From a virus, in IMG/VR virus record IMGVR_UViG_3300024264_000019, positions 1-64,000 of that record: DNA of 64,000 nucleotides; one strand, 5' to 3'. This document shows positions 40,834 to 50,611 of the stretch, piece by piece (position 1 is the stretch's first letter; the number at the start of each line of letters is the position of its first letter). A program made the position numbers and the translations under genes. The notes below the pieces were generated by a model. That model was not told where the DNA came from and made no database searches. It was given only the letters and a program-made list of their open reading frames with translations.

Positions 40834-41426
40834 TTTACTGATCTATTAATGTTAATTTTTAAATTATTTAAAATATTTGATAAATATTTAGTATTCCTAA
40901 ATTGTCCTGATCTTACTTTATTTTTAGTTTGAATTCCTTGACCCGATCTACCAGATAGAGTCATCCTGTTTATGTAGTTACCCAAACCAGATATTCCTTT
41001 TTCAATACCTTCAGCCCAACTTCTTCCGCTAACCCAAGGCATTGGGCTAGCTGAGAAAATCTCTTCCTTGGATGGAAGTTCAACTTGAAATTTTAAAATC
41101 ATCGATCTTTGAGAGCTTGGTATTGATTTAATGTTTAAAGCTTTTTTTAATATTAATCTGATTGGAGTTATAGGATCCATTCCTTCCTCAAAACCAATAT
41201 AGGAATATAAATTCCCATATCCACCCAATGTACCGCTTTCATTCCAACCTTCTGGGCCAGATTCAATTTCTTTAGTAACTGGGTGAGATTCAAACTCTTT
41301 AATCATTTCTCTATGAGCTTGGTTTACTCCTTGAATGATTTTTTTCTCAATATGTTTTCCAACTATAGGTCCAACTTGACTATTTTCTATTCTTTTTAAA
41401 GCTCTCTCGTTGATTTTTATATTCAT
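40830..41426 (-). CDS. Putative neck/tail-completion protein
   Basis: Basic protein in the head-tail connector position. Confidence 0.5.
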   Translation of the reverse strand: MNIKINERALKRIENSQVGPIVGKHIEKKIIQGVNQAHREMIKEFESHPVTKEIESGPEGWNESGTLGGYGNLYSYIGFEEGMDPITPIRLILKKALNIKSIPSSQRSMILKFQVELPSKEEIFSASPMPWVSGRSWAEGIEKGISGLGNYINRMTLSGRSGQGIQTKNKVRSGQFRNTKYLSNILNNLKININRSVK

Positions 41427-41427
41427 A

Positions 41428-41874
41428 TCATCCCCTTCTTTTCAAGAGTATATTGTAATATTTAATTGAAAACATGCCAGATTTCGCCGCATCGGAAGAA
41501 ATATTAAAAAGTTCACCATCAACTTCGATATCAGTAGCTTTTTTTAATAAGTTATACCCTTCTTCGTTGATTTTTATTCTTATGTGGTCGGAAGGTATAT
41601 CTATACCTAATATTTCATTTTCACTGCTTTGCCTCAGAAATTCAAAATTTCCAGCATAAGCTATTCTCGCTTTTAATTTTAAAGTCTCAACGATTTTATC
41701 ACTACCTTTTTGATTCTTAATTCTAGAATATAGAGCGTTATAAGTATTATTAGTAGCGACAAAAACTTTTTTTTCTTTTTTAAATATTGTAATCTCTCTA
41801 GCAAAAGTATCATGAATATCATCAAATACTTTATCAAATCTACTTTTATCTGAACTTGATATTAAATCGCTCAT
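41428..41874 (-). CDS. Putative head-closure protein
   Basis: DDIHDTFAREITIF...IEVDGELFNI pattern; start ATG 41874 follows the upstream TAG. Confidence 0.5.
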   Translation of the reverse strand: MSDLISSSDKSRFDKVFDDIHDTFAREITIFKKEKKVFVATNNTYNALYSRIKNQKGSDKIVETLKLKARIAYAGNFEFLRQSSENEILGIDIPSDHIRIKINEEGYNLLKKATDIEVDGELFNISSDAAKSGMFSIKYYNILLKRRG

Positions 41875-41876
41875 TA

Positions 41877-44219
41877 CTATGGAGTTGGAGTTGGAGCTGT
41901 ATTTATTATAAAATTGCACACGCCGTTTGTTCCATTCCACTCAATTGTTGCGCTCACACAGGTTGTGTCATCATCACAATGACAGCATCCTGCACAAGAT
42001 TCAAATACATGTGAGCCTGTTTGAGGCACTTTTTTAATCATCCAGCTATTATATTGACTAACGTCCTGAAACTTATTACCGCCCCCACCGCAACCAATAT
42101 CATCACCCACAAACGCGCTACAGTTACTAACTGGTACGGAATCATTTACTAAATTATAACACCTACTATCCGACATAAATGTATCTAGAGCTACATCGCC
42201 ATCAGCATATCCTATAAATTGATTTTCAATACCAGATATATTTTCTGGACAAGTTAATAAGTCTATGCATCTAGTTGGATCTATCTGGGTAGGATTACAA
42301 GGCGCATATTCAGCACAAAACCCAAAACCGCATGTGGTTTGCGGGCTCGGAGAATTATCTTTGAAAGATTGTAGGGATTTAAAAAATGAAGCTTTTGATT
42401 CAAGCGTAAAAGGCTGAGCGCTAAAAGTAAGAATGTCTGCAATTGATTTCGTTATATAAACCTTATTAGTTGTTAATACATTTGAAAAAGCGGTTATGTT
42501 TAAAGCTGTTACTCCATTAATCTGCAGCTCTATATTTGACTCTTTCTGACCCACTGGCGCTCCTAGGCATATCCTAGCACCAACCAAAGCGTCACTCGTA
42601 TACGAAAGAGTAGAACCTTTTGTTCCATTTGTGGAATTCGCATAGAATATTTCTCCGCCTTCTATGCAGCACTCTAGGGGTGTTGGCGTACTAGTATGAG
42701 TGAGAGTACTTGTTGAAGTGTGAGTGAGTGTTGGCGTACTAGTATGAGTGAGAGTATTTGTCGAAGTATGAGTGAGTGTTGTCGTACTAGTGTGAGTGAG
42801 TGTTGGCGTACTAGTATGAGTGAGAGTACTTGTCGAAGTATGAGTGAGTGTTGTCGTACTAGTGTGAGTGAGTGTTGGCGTACTAGTATGAGTGAGAGTA
42901 CTTGTCGAAGTGTGAGTGAGTGTTGGCGTACTAGTATGAGTGAGAGTACTTGTCGAAGTATGAGTGAGTGTTGGCGTACTAGTATGAGTGAGAGTACTTG
43001 TCGAAGTATGAGTGAGTGTTGGCGTACTAGTATGAGTGAGTGTTGACGTGCTAGTATGAGTAAGCGTTGTTGTCGAAGTGCTAGTAGCTGTTAGCGTTGA
43101 AGTTGGTGTTGGTGTTGGAACATCTGGCGTTTCGGTAGCTGTTGAGGTATGAGTAACTGTTGACGTACTAGTATGAGTGAGTGTTGGCGTACTAGTATGA
43201 GTAACTGTTGACGTACTAGTATGAGTAACTGTTGGCGTACTAGTATGAGTGAGAGTACTTGTTGAAGTGTGAGTGAGTGTTGACGTGCTAGTATGAGTAA
43301 GCGTTGTTGTCGAAGTGCTAGTAGCTGTTAGCGTTGAAGTTGGCGTTGGAACATCTGGCGTTTCAGTTGTTGTCGAAGTGCTAGTAGCTGTTAGCGTTGA
43401 AGTTGGCGTTGGAACATCTGGCGTTTCAGTTGTTGTCGAAGTGCTAGTAACTGTTGGCGTGCTAGTATGGGTGAGAGTAGACGTGGTGGTAGTCGTTTTT
43501 GTAATTGTAGGGGTTACTGTACTTGTTTGCGTCTCGGTCGCTGTAAGGGTGCTAGTTGGCTCATTACACGGCGGTGTAGGGGTCAATGTCGCAGCTTTTT
43601 CTGGACAGTCTACTAATTCTTCTTTACAATCTTTGGGTTTTTTATCACAAGATGTGGTTTTTATGCCCTGACTAACCACCTGTCTTGGTAACGAATTATA
43701 AAGATTATAATATTGCACCATATCTTTAATTCTCAAGTCAGCTTCTTTTGATATAGACTTGTAAGTTTGAGCTGCCTGAATTTTTTGTTGAGGGGTGGTA
43801 ATTAAAGACTGCCTCTTGATAGAAGAATCCCCTTCTCTTAACTCTACCCAGTCAGTCATGGTTACAGAAGACTCCCCTGTTGTAGTGGTTGAACTACTAG
43901 AGGAAACTCCTTTTAATGCTAAGCGACTCTCTCTTTTGTAAAACTCCCTTAAGTATAATTGTATTAAGATAGATATTTCTTCGGGTCTTAACCTTGGACA
44001 TATATCATTCTTCTTAGTTATTCTATGGCTCGAATGTATTAATATATTTAATTGACCTATGTTCGTTTCTATCCAAGCTGAAATTCTAGCTTTGAAGGTC
44101 TTTATTTTGGGAACGTCTTCAGCAACGCCTGAATCAAAAAAGTCATAAAACTCTGATTCGTATATACTTTCAGCTATTTCATCAACTTGACTATATTCGC
44201 AATCACAGTCTTCTAACAT
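41877..44219 (-). CDS. Putative head-tail adaptor with a mucin-like Thr-rich repeat and Cys-rich C-terminal domain
   Basis: ~190-aa helical N-terminal domain in the adaptor position, then ~300 aa of TLTHTS(T/P) repeats, then a Cys-rich domain. Confidence 0.6.
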   Translation of the reverse strand: MLEDCDCEYSQVDEIAESIYESEFYDFFDSGVAEDVPKIKTFKARISAWIETNIGQLNILIHSSHRITKKNDICPRLRPEEISILIQLYLREFYKRESRLALKGVSSSSSTTTTGESSVTMTDWVELREGDSSIKRQSLITTPQQKIQAAQTYKSISKEADLRIKDMVQYYNLYNSLPRQVVSQGIKTTSCDKKPKDCKEELVDCPEKAATLTPTPPCNEPTSTLTATETQTSTVTPTITKTTTTTSTLTHTSTPTVTSTSTTTETPDVPTPTSTLTATSTSTTTETPDVPTPTSTLTATSTSTTTLTHTSTSTLTHTSTSTLTHTSTPTVTHTSTSTVTHTSTPTLTHTSTSTVTHTSTATETPDVPTPTPTSTLTATSTSTTTLTHTSTSTLTHTSTPTLTHTSTSTLTHTSTPTLTHTSTSTLTHTSTPTLTHTSTSTLTHTSTPTLTHTSTTTLTHTSTSTLTHTSTPTLTHTSTTTLTHTSTNTLTHTSTPTLTHTSTSTLTHTSTPTPLECCIEGGEIFYANSTNGTKGSTLSYTSDALVGARICLGAPVGQKESNIELQINGVTALNITAFSNVLTTNKVYITKSIADILTFSAQPFTLESKASFFKSLQSFKDNSPSPQTTCGFGFCAEYAPCNPTQIDPTRCIDLLTCPENISGIENQFIGYADGDVALDTFMSDSRCYNLVNDSVPVSNCSAFVGDDIGCGGGGNKFQDVSQYNSWMIKKVPQTGSHVFESCAGCCHCDDDTTCVSATIEWNGTNGVCNFIINTAPTPTP
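42680..43560 (-). repeat. 24-bp tandem repeat array encoding TLTHTST(P/S/T), with ETPDVPTPT units
   Basis: Repeated gtactagtatgagtgagtgttggc / gtacttgtcgaagtatgagtgaga units. Confidence 0.95.
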
Positions 44220-44325
44220 TACTAACCCTTTTGTTTTGCGCTGTTAACGCTGTTTTTATAAAAGAATTTATACTAATGTTTAAATACCCACTCGGGTGAA
44301 TAGTAGTGAGTATCCTCATTTTGAA

Positions 44326-44709
44326 TCATGATAAATTAAACAACTTCTTTTGATCCTCTGTTAAATCTTCCGTGTTAATCATTGGTTTTGTGGACTGGAA
44401 AGATCTTCCTTTCCCACCAACAACAACCGCGTTAAATTCTTTCTTGAGTTTATTCTTTAAGGTTGTTTTATTTCCTGATGGAAAAACACCTGCACTCACA
44501 GCTAAAGACTGCAAGTCGGTAAGATTCATGTTAGCCAAATTCTCTTCAAACTTGCTCTCGCTAGAGGTTTTAAAAGGGTTTGGAATACTAGGTCTTAGTA
44601 AATTTTCTAGATCTCTAATTTTTTCAACTTCAGATTGGTTACTTGACTTTCCATCTGTATATAAGGGAGTTTTCTTCGTTTTTATGTTTGTTTTTTTTAT
44701 TGATGTCAT
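44326..44709 (-). CDS. Hypothetical head-associated protein
   Basis: 127-aa ORF after the major capsid gene; helix-extended-helix-like MNLTDLQSLAVSAGV. Confidence 0.6.
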   Translation of the reverse strand: MTSIKKTNIKTKKTPLYTDGKSSNQSEVEKIRDLENLLRPSIPNPFKTSSESKFEENLANMNLTDLQSLAVSAGVFPSGNKTTLKNKLKKEFNAVVVGGKGRSFQSTKPMINTEDLTEDQKKLFNLS

Positions 44710-44755
44710 AGCTGCTTGATATAATTTGATACACTTTTATGTTACCCCTGGGAAT

Positions 44756-44786
44756 AAAAAAATCCACCGAGTAGGTGGATTTCTTT
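44756..44786. terminator. Rho-independent terminator after the major capsid gene
   Basis: AAAAAAATCCACC-gagta-GGTGGATTT; U-tract on the minus strand. Confidence 0.75.
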
Positions 44787-44812
44787 AAAGTTGATAAATT
44801 ATCAGACTTCTC

Positions 44813-46045
44813 TTACATAACAATACCTGTAAGAGCTCGGCTGTCAACAACCATTCTACCTTCTTCAATCGAACCATAATATCCGATCTTCTGTTGGCGA
44901 ACAGTGTATTGATCATCAGCTGCTAAGTTTAACTCAGCACCTGTTTCCGAATCAGTAGCGATAGCTCTCATGAGAGACTCTCTAGAGCGATCAATACCGA
45001 TAATCAATTGATCTCCACCTGTAGCGTTACTAAACGTTGCTCCACCGTGTCCTTTATCTCCACTACCTGCAGCGTCAAGAGTTGCAAACACCTCGTTAAA
45101 CTTTTGCTCTTGTCCAAGCTCATTAAGCTCAGTAAACGCAAGTCCATAAAGCTCAGCAGCTCCAGCGTTAGCATACAATGCATTACGCATTTGCTCGGTT
45201 GCAGGAATAACACCAGCACCTTGGTTAACAACTGTTTGTCCGCTAACGGCTCCAGCTGTTACTGGCTCTGCAGCTCCGCCTCCTGTAACATTAGCAGTCT
45301 GTGAACTAACTGTTGCTCCTGTTACATCAAGAGTTCTTTGCATACCACGAGTATTAATCGGGTTGTAAGCCATTGCTCGGATTTCACCCATAACTTCTGG
45401 AGAAATGAGCAAGTCAGTAACTCCACGGTTATTGGTGATAGGTGTTCCCTTATTCCAAGCGGTATTAATCCTCTTGGCGTGAGTGATAAGCTTATTAACA
45501 TCAGCAAGCAAGAATTGTCCTGCGTTATGAGATGAAACAACATGATCTTTACTGTTTGTTGAAGCCTGAGCTAAAACTCCCAATACAAGATTAGCAGATG
45601 TAGCTTCTTGTTTAAGCATCAATTCTTGAGCCAAACGAGAAAACGTCTTGCTTATGACATCGAGCCTAGAACGAGCGGCGTACCTGCGATCAAAATCAAT
45701 AGCTGTTTCAAGCCTGTAAGTAGTAAACTTAAGTTCACTATGCGAGGGCATGATAGAGTTAGATGGAAGACCTCCAGGGACATTCTGAGTATAAATACTA
45801 ATGTAATCAGTATCAGTAATGTCATGGTACAGATCCAAAGGGATCGAGGGGTTATCATCTTCGTTAAATGAAAAGCTTGTAAACATATTGCTCAAAGTTG
45901 GAGCGTTGTTAATAACTTCAGCTAAAACTGGAGCGATAAATTCAGCAGCAGCAGCTTGCGCTTCATGTGCTACATTGCGATTCTTGGAAGCCATCGCTTT
46001 AATGAGCTCAACTTGTTCTTCTGTTCGTTTTAATGTAATATTCAT
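44813..46045 (-). CDS. Major capsid protein
   Basis: Position after the protease and decoration genes; HK97-like features (TDLLISPE; KIGYYGSIEEG); followed by a terminator. Confidence 0.8.
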   Translation of the reverse strand: MNITLKRTEEQVELIKAMASKNRNVAHEAQAAAAEFIAPVLAEVINNAPTLSNMFTSFSFNEDDNPSIPLDLYHDITDTDYISIYTQNVPGGLPSNSIMPSHSELKFTTYRLETAIDFDRRYAARSRLDVISKTFSRLAQELMLKQEATSANLVLGVLAQASTNSKDHVVSSHNAGQFLLADVNKLITHAKRINTAWNKGTPITNNRGVTDLLISPEVMGEIRAMAYNPINTRGMQRTLDVTGATVSSQTANVTGGGAAEPVTAGAVSGQTVVNQGAGVIPATEQMRNALYANAGAAELYGLAFTELNELGQEQKFNEVFATLDAAGSGDKGHGGATFSNATGGDQLIIGIDRSRESLMRAIATDSETGAELNLAADDQYTVRQQKIGYYGSIEEGRMVVDSRALTGIVM

Positions 46046-46064
46046 AATATAAATTTTCCTTAAA

Positions 46065-46733
46065 TTATCCGAGTTGAATTAAAGCTACGTCGTAGCCAGC
46101 TCCTGCTCCAGTAGCAATAACTTTAGCAAAAGCAGTCTTGCCATCGTTAAGTGTAAGTTGTCCACTTCCACCAGATTTTAAAACAGATCCTGGAACAATT
46201 CCTCCAGATCCAATTCCACTCGCATGAAAGATACCAGCTCCGCTAGCTATTAGTTTCGAAACTTTCACAGTAAAGAAACCTTTTGTTGCTACAGGCACCG
46301 CTTCTCCAGGAAGCACGGCTTGAAGCTCGTCTTTCTTAACATCATAGTTAAGTAACTTCATTAAGTTTTCATCCCATGCTAGTGTTGGGCGAAGTGTTAA
46401 TCCAACTGCGCTTGTAGCATCAGCAGCTGTGACGCCAAAACTCATTTGAGTTGTTGGGTAAATACTTCCTTGTTTCATTGCGAATCCTTGATCTCCTGAT
46501 CCAATTGCTCCAAGATAACTATCATGAGTTCTTGCAGGTTGATCAGCTCCAAGCTTATCATTAGTGGTTGCAGTATCAACCAATGTACCTGACCAATTGC
46601 CTCCATTGTTAAAAGCGGAGTCACCAGGTTTGAGATTTATATACTCACTTCCTGCGCCAGTGCTTACATCAAGAGAAAAGAGGTTGATAACATCCTTCTC
46701 GTCGTATTGTCTAAATGGTAATAGTTTATGCAT
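46065..46733 (-). CDS. Head decoration/cement protein
   Basis: Gly/Ala-rich 222-aa protein between the scaffold and MCP genes (VLPGEAVPVATKG). Confidence 0.6.
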   Translation of the reverse strand: MHKLLPFRQYDEKDVINLFSLDVSTGAGSEYINLKPGDSAFNNGGNWSGTLVDTATTNDKLGADQPARTHDSYLGAIGSGDQGFAMKQGSIYPTTQMSFGVTAADATSAVGLTLRPTLAWDENLMKLLNYDVKKDELQAVLPGEAVPVATKGFFTVKVSKLIASGAGIFHASGIGSGGIVPGSVLKSGGSGQLTLNDGKTAFAKVIATGAGAGYDVALIQLG

Positions 46734-46745
46734 TTTTTTTATAGG

Positions 46746-48317
46746 TTAAAATTTTACAGATATATTCTCTCTAGCAAAAGCCATAGAGAATTTTTCTTTT
46801 AGTGTTGGTTCTTCAGTTGCGCTTTCCAAATTATTATTTGTTGCGATTTCAGAAGCTTCTTCAGTTACTCCTGCGAGAACTTCTTCTACTTCCACCACTT
46901 CTTCTGTTGCTTCAATTTTTTCAGTGAGTGTAGAATCTTCTCCAGAAATTCTTTTTTGAACTTCAGCTTCAACTTTTTGTGCAAAGATTTTTTCTTGTTC
47001 TTCTAGATACTTTTTATTTTTATGGGCCCACATTACTTGGAGTTTTGACGCGTACTCTTCAAAAGATTTTTCATCTAAACTAAGTTCTTGAACCTCTTTA
47101 GCTAAAAGCTTCTTATCTTGATCGTTAATTTCGTAGCTAGCTTCAATAGTTTCCATTCGAGCGTTAAAAGCTTCTTCTTTTTGGCTTTCTAAAATTTCGC
47201 CATTCAAAGATTCAACTTCAGTCTTAGACTGAGTTAGCTCAGTCCTTAAAGATTCAATTTCCTCTTTTAAATTAGCTTCTACTTTTTGAAGCTCTTCTTT
47301 TTGAGCGTCGATAGCGGAAAGTTCTTTTTCATATTCGTCGCTTTTGGATTTAATTGCATCTCCAATTACGCGACTAATATTAGCTACAGCTTCTTGAGTG
47401 AAATTATGCTCGGGCATTTTTTCGTCTAGAAGCACTTTAAATTCTTCGATGAGTTCTTGTTTTTGCATATTAGAAATTTGGTTAATATCATTATTTACAT
47501 CAATTTTTTCTTTTTGTGAAGTTTTTTTTTGATTTTTATTTGCTAGATCTTCTTCTTCAAACTCTTCAGCCTCAATCTTCTCTTTTTTTTTGTGCACCAA
47601 AACACCTTTAACATCCGCAGCTGGATTACCAGTAAAGCCTATTCCTAATGGGTAAACTTCTCCAGCTACAACTCTATATATTGGCGTACCATCTTTCAAC
47701 TCACCTTCTCCATCAAAACTCCTTAGGTATTCAGATAATTCTTTTACTTGTTTTTCATCAGTTACGATTTCAGCTTCATTTAAATCTTTACTACCAAGTG
47801 CTATATTGTATTCATTAAACCCAAGTTCCCAGCTCGCTGAAACAGACTCGTACAATTCATCTTCTTCATCACTTGACTTTAATACCAATTTACTAAATTC
47901 AGGAAAAGAGTGAGAGTAAACAACTGCCCCAAGTGCTATATTAAATTTCCCAGAAAATTCGTCGGGAATATCTTCAATTAAATTACCAGAGCTGAAATCT
48001 GAAAATCCTGTTGATACAATATGACCAACGACTTTCTTTTTATTGTGTTCTATATTAGTTGGTTTATTTAAAAAGTATTTTCTTATTTTCTTTGCTGTAA
48101 TAGTATCAATGCCATCATCGTTCTTATTAATTGTATTTACTACTGCAGCATTAAATGCAACTCCAAGAATATCAATATTTTGATCAAAATCAATATCTTG
48201 AGGAATTAATTCATTTAAATCACTCTTTGAAGCTTGACTAGTATAAGAATTAGCTATAGATATTAACTGGTCAACTTTTAAGTTATTTGAGAAATTAGTT
48301 TTGTATTTAAAGTTCAT
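46746..48317 (-). CDS. Prohead protease-scaffold fusion
   Basis: KPTNIEHN..VVGHI and SVSASWE protease-like motifs, followed by an acidic coiled coil. Confidence 0.75.
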   Translation of the reverse strand: MNFKYKTNFSNNLKVDQLISIANSYTSQASKSDLNELIPQDIDFDQNIDILGVAFNAAVVNTINKNDDGIDTITAKKIRKYFLNKPTNIEHNKKKVVGHIVSTGFSDFSSGNLIEDIPDEFSGKFNIALGAVVYSHSFPEFSKLVLKSSDEEDELYESVSASWELGFNEYNIALGSKDLNEAEIVTDEKQVKELSEYLRSFDGEGELKDGTPIYRVVAGEVYPLGIGFTGNPAADVKGVLVHKKKEKIEAEEFEEEDLANKNQKKTSQKEKIDVNNDINQISNMQKQELIEEFKVLLDEKMPEHNFTQEAVANISRVIGDAIKSKSDEYEKELSAIDAQKEELQKVEANLKEEIESLRTELTQSKTEVESLNGEILESQKEEAFNARMETIEASYEINDQDKKLLAKEVQELSLDEKSFEEYASKLQVMWAHKNKKYLEEQEKIFAQKVEAEVQKRISGEDSTLTEKIEATEEVVEVEEVLAGVTEEASEIATNNNLESATEEPTLKEKFSMAFARENISVKF

Positions 48318-48444
48318 AAATTATTTTTTCTTCAGCCCAAGCTTCTTGGGAGATTTCTTTACCTTCTTCATGTTCGCAGTCACAAAATAAATCATGCTGT
48401 CTAATCCTTGCGGATAAATCTATTGAGATTTTCTGTATTGGCAT
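48307..48444 (-). CDS. Small ORF, 45 aa (not in track)
   Basis: MPIQKISIDLSARIRQHDLFCDCEHEEGKEISQEAWAEEKIIYEL, starting 8 nt after a GTGTA motif. Confidence 0.45.
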   Translation of the reverse strand: MPIQKISIDLSARIRQHDLFCDCEHEEGKEISQEAWAEEKIIYEL

Positions 48445-48490
48445 ACGTTATTGTACACCTAAAAATTAATAGTGTTAATAAAAAATAAAA

Positions 48491-50569
48491 TTATTTACTA
48501 TGCCAAAGTATCGCTGCTGGATAATCAGTTAACTGGTGATTTGATGATACTTCTAATATTTCTGGCAGAATAATTTGTTTTTCAATTTCCTCAGGGTTTT
48601 TTATGCAAGCTTCTATTCTTGATTCCCAGGAATCTTTCTTTCCCGAAACGACAACTGTTTCGATAAGACTATCTACAGTTTCGTTTTGCTGTTTATTCAA
48701 CCTCTTTACTTTGTATTTCTCCTTTACCCTGCTTGATGCGAAAGATCTCAACTTCTCAATATCGTAAATTACCGATTGTAAGTTTTTTCTCGAATATAAA
48801 TCTTTCGCAGTCGCTCCTGTCGGTCTTCCAGCTTCTTTTGGCGGGGTTTTTTTTAAAACTTGTTGTTGATTTTGAGCTGGGCTTTGAGTTGAATTTTTCT
48901 TAATCTGTTGCTCTTTTAAACCTCTTTCTTCTTCTGCCCCTGGAGGCTCAACTAGCGGAACTCCTCCAATAAGAGGGTTATACATACCCTTCTCTCTGTC
49001 TTCTACATATTTTTCTTGAGCTGGTTGCAAGGTGTCTGCATTTGGGAATAAACCAGTTCTTATTGATTGCATTCCTTGCTCTGGAGATATTACTCCAATT
49101 TCGAGCAATCTAGTTATAACTCTCTGAAACTGAACTTCGTCTTTTATATCAACTTCTTGAAATTTAACCGTTGGGTACTTTCTGAATCCCATATTCTTGC
49201 AAAGCATTTTTACTTGAGGCATTATAAAATCATTTACAAATGCGTTTCGAGCTTCTTTTAATCTTTCTAAAAATATTTGAGCTTTTATTTGAGTGCTTGA
49301 GTAATTTTCTTTACCAACTATAATGTTCTGCAAGCCTTCTCTAATATCTTGGTTTACGATCTCGTATTTTTGCGGACCTAATATTTTATTCACGTCAGGA
49401 ATAACAAAGTCAGCTTTAGTGGTGTAGTCACTAACTAGCACTCTACCTACGCTTTCATTTTGAAACAAACATTGCATCGCGCTCATGCTGTGCGGGTTAA
49501 TACCCCCTTTATCTGGCTCAGCCCCCATGGTGATCAATAGAACAACGTTTTCAATAGTTCTACTAATTGCTTGATCGATTTTTTTCAATTCAATTTTCCA
49601 GTTTAAATCATCTAAAACAGGGAATCCAAAAGGAATAGCAAAAGGTTCGTAATCTTGTTTTTTATAAAAAGAATATATTATTTTTTCAGGGTTTAAAGGT
49701 ATAAGTACTCCTGATCTATGATAGCTATTTTTTGTAATCTTTTCTTGAACTTCTTTTGGTAATGAATCGAAAATATCTTGATCCTCTTGAGTAGATGGGT
49801 TTTTGAGTTTTTCAAGCTCATACTCTGATAATACTTTTTTGTACACCCCTTGGCTAAAAGAACTCGTTCTTGATGCAACTATATCGTATGGATTTAATAA
49901 TATATATCTGACGGGTATTTTCTCAGGATCTAAATATTTGTGACTAGCGCTTCCATATATTTTATTCAATTTTAAAACATCTTCTTTTGAAAACTCTCCA
50001 TCTATTCTATAAAAAAATATATTACCACTTCTATAATACTCTCTAAAATATTGATCTTTTAACTTCCATAAGTTGATTTTTTCGAACCATTTATATATAA
50101 AACTTTTTGCGTTTTCAGATCCTCCCTCTAGATATATTTCAGAGTTTGAGAATTCAGACATCACATCAATAGCATTTCTAAATATAGGGATATTAGCATA
50201 TGCTTTTTGGCAAAGTTCTATAGATTCTCTGACGTCAACACCATCAACGTTAACGTTGTATGGCAATAACCCCTCCGCTATGTTTTTGTATTTTTCAGAT
50301 TTAGGCTTGGAGCCGAATCTCCCCCTCATTCCAGAAGTGGATTTGTCCGCCCCCCTTAATGCGTCTGTTACTGTATTGCAAGAGCTCTTAGATTGAAAAA
50401 GTTGGGGTTTCTGACCTAGATTACTAGCGTTGCTAGTGTAATAATTATCTCCGCACAAAACTGGTTCTACAGGGTCAATTCCAACTGGCTCGTTAAACTG
50501 ATTAGTTTTGTCAAACTTTTTCCAGTAGTTTGATTTTTTTTTATATTTTCTTTTCTTTGAGTCGCTCAT
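48491..50569 (-). CDS. Portal protein
   Basis: Between terminase and protease; IFRNAIDVMSEF and FREYYRSGNIFFY portal-like helices; start ATG 50569 preferred. Confidence 0.8.
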   Translation of the reverse strand: MSDSKKRKYKKKSNYWKKFDKTNQFNEPVGIDPVEPVLCGDNYYTSNASNLGQKPQLFQSKSSCNTVTDALRGADKSTSGMRGRFGSKPKSEKYKNIAEGLLPYNVNVDGVDVRESIELCQKAYANIPIFRNAIDVMSEFSNSEIYLEGGSENAKSFIYKWFEKINLWKLKDQYFREYYRSGNIFFYRIDGEFSKEDVLKLNKIYGSASHKYLDPEKIPVRYILLNPYDIVASRTSSFSQGVYKKVLSEYELEKLKNPSTQEDQDIFDSLPKEVQEKITKNSYHRSGVLIPLNPEKIIYSFYKKQDYEPFAIPFGFPVLDDLNWKIELKKIDQAISRTIENVVLLITMGAEPDKGGINPHSMSAMQCLFQNESVGRVLVSDYTTKADFVIPDVNKILGPQKYEIVNQDIREGLQNIIVGKENYSSTQIKAQIFLERLKEARNAFVNDFIMPQVKMLCKNMGFRKYPTVKFQEVDIKDEVQFQRVITRLLEIGVISPEQGMQSIRTGLFPNADTLQPAQEKYVEDREKGMYNPLIGGVPLVEPPGAEEERGLKEQQIKKNSTQSPAQNQQQVLKKTPPKEAGRPTGATAKDLYSRKNLQSVIYDIEKLRSFASSRVKEKYKVKRLNKQQNETVDSLIETVVVSGKKDSWESRIEACIKNPEEIEKQIILPEILEVSSNHQLTDYPAAILWHSK

Positions 50570-50611
50570 TTCTACATGATACACTCAAAAGTATCAAAGT
50601 CAACTTAAAAG

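Noticed and set aside
42720-43671. Plus-strand ORFs with MSECWRTS or Val-rich repeats
   Set aside because: Antisense shadows of the Thr-rich 24-bp repeat in 41877-44219
44220-44329. Short ORF MIQNEDTHYYSPEWVFKH with possible TAG read-through
   Set aside because: Too short, and no other evidence of TAG read-through in the window
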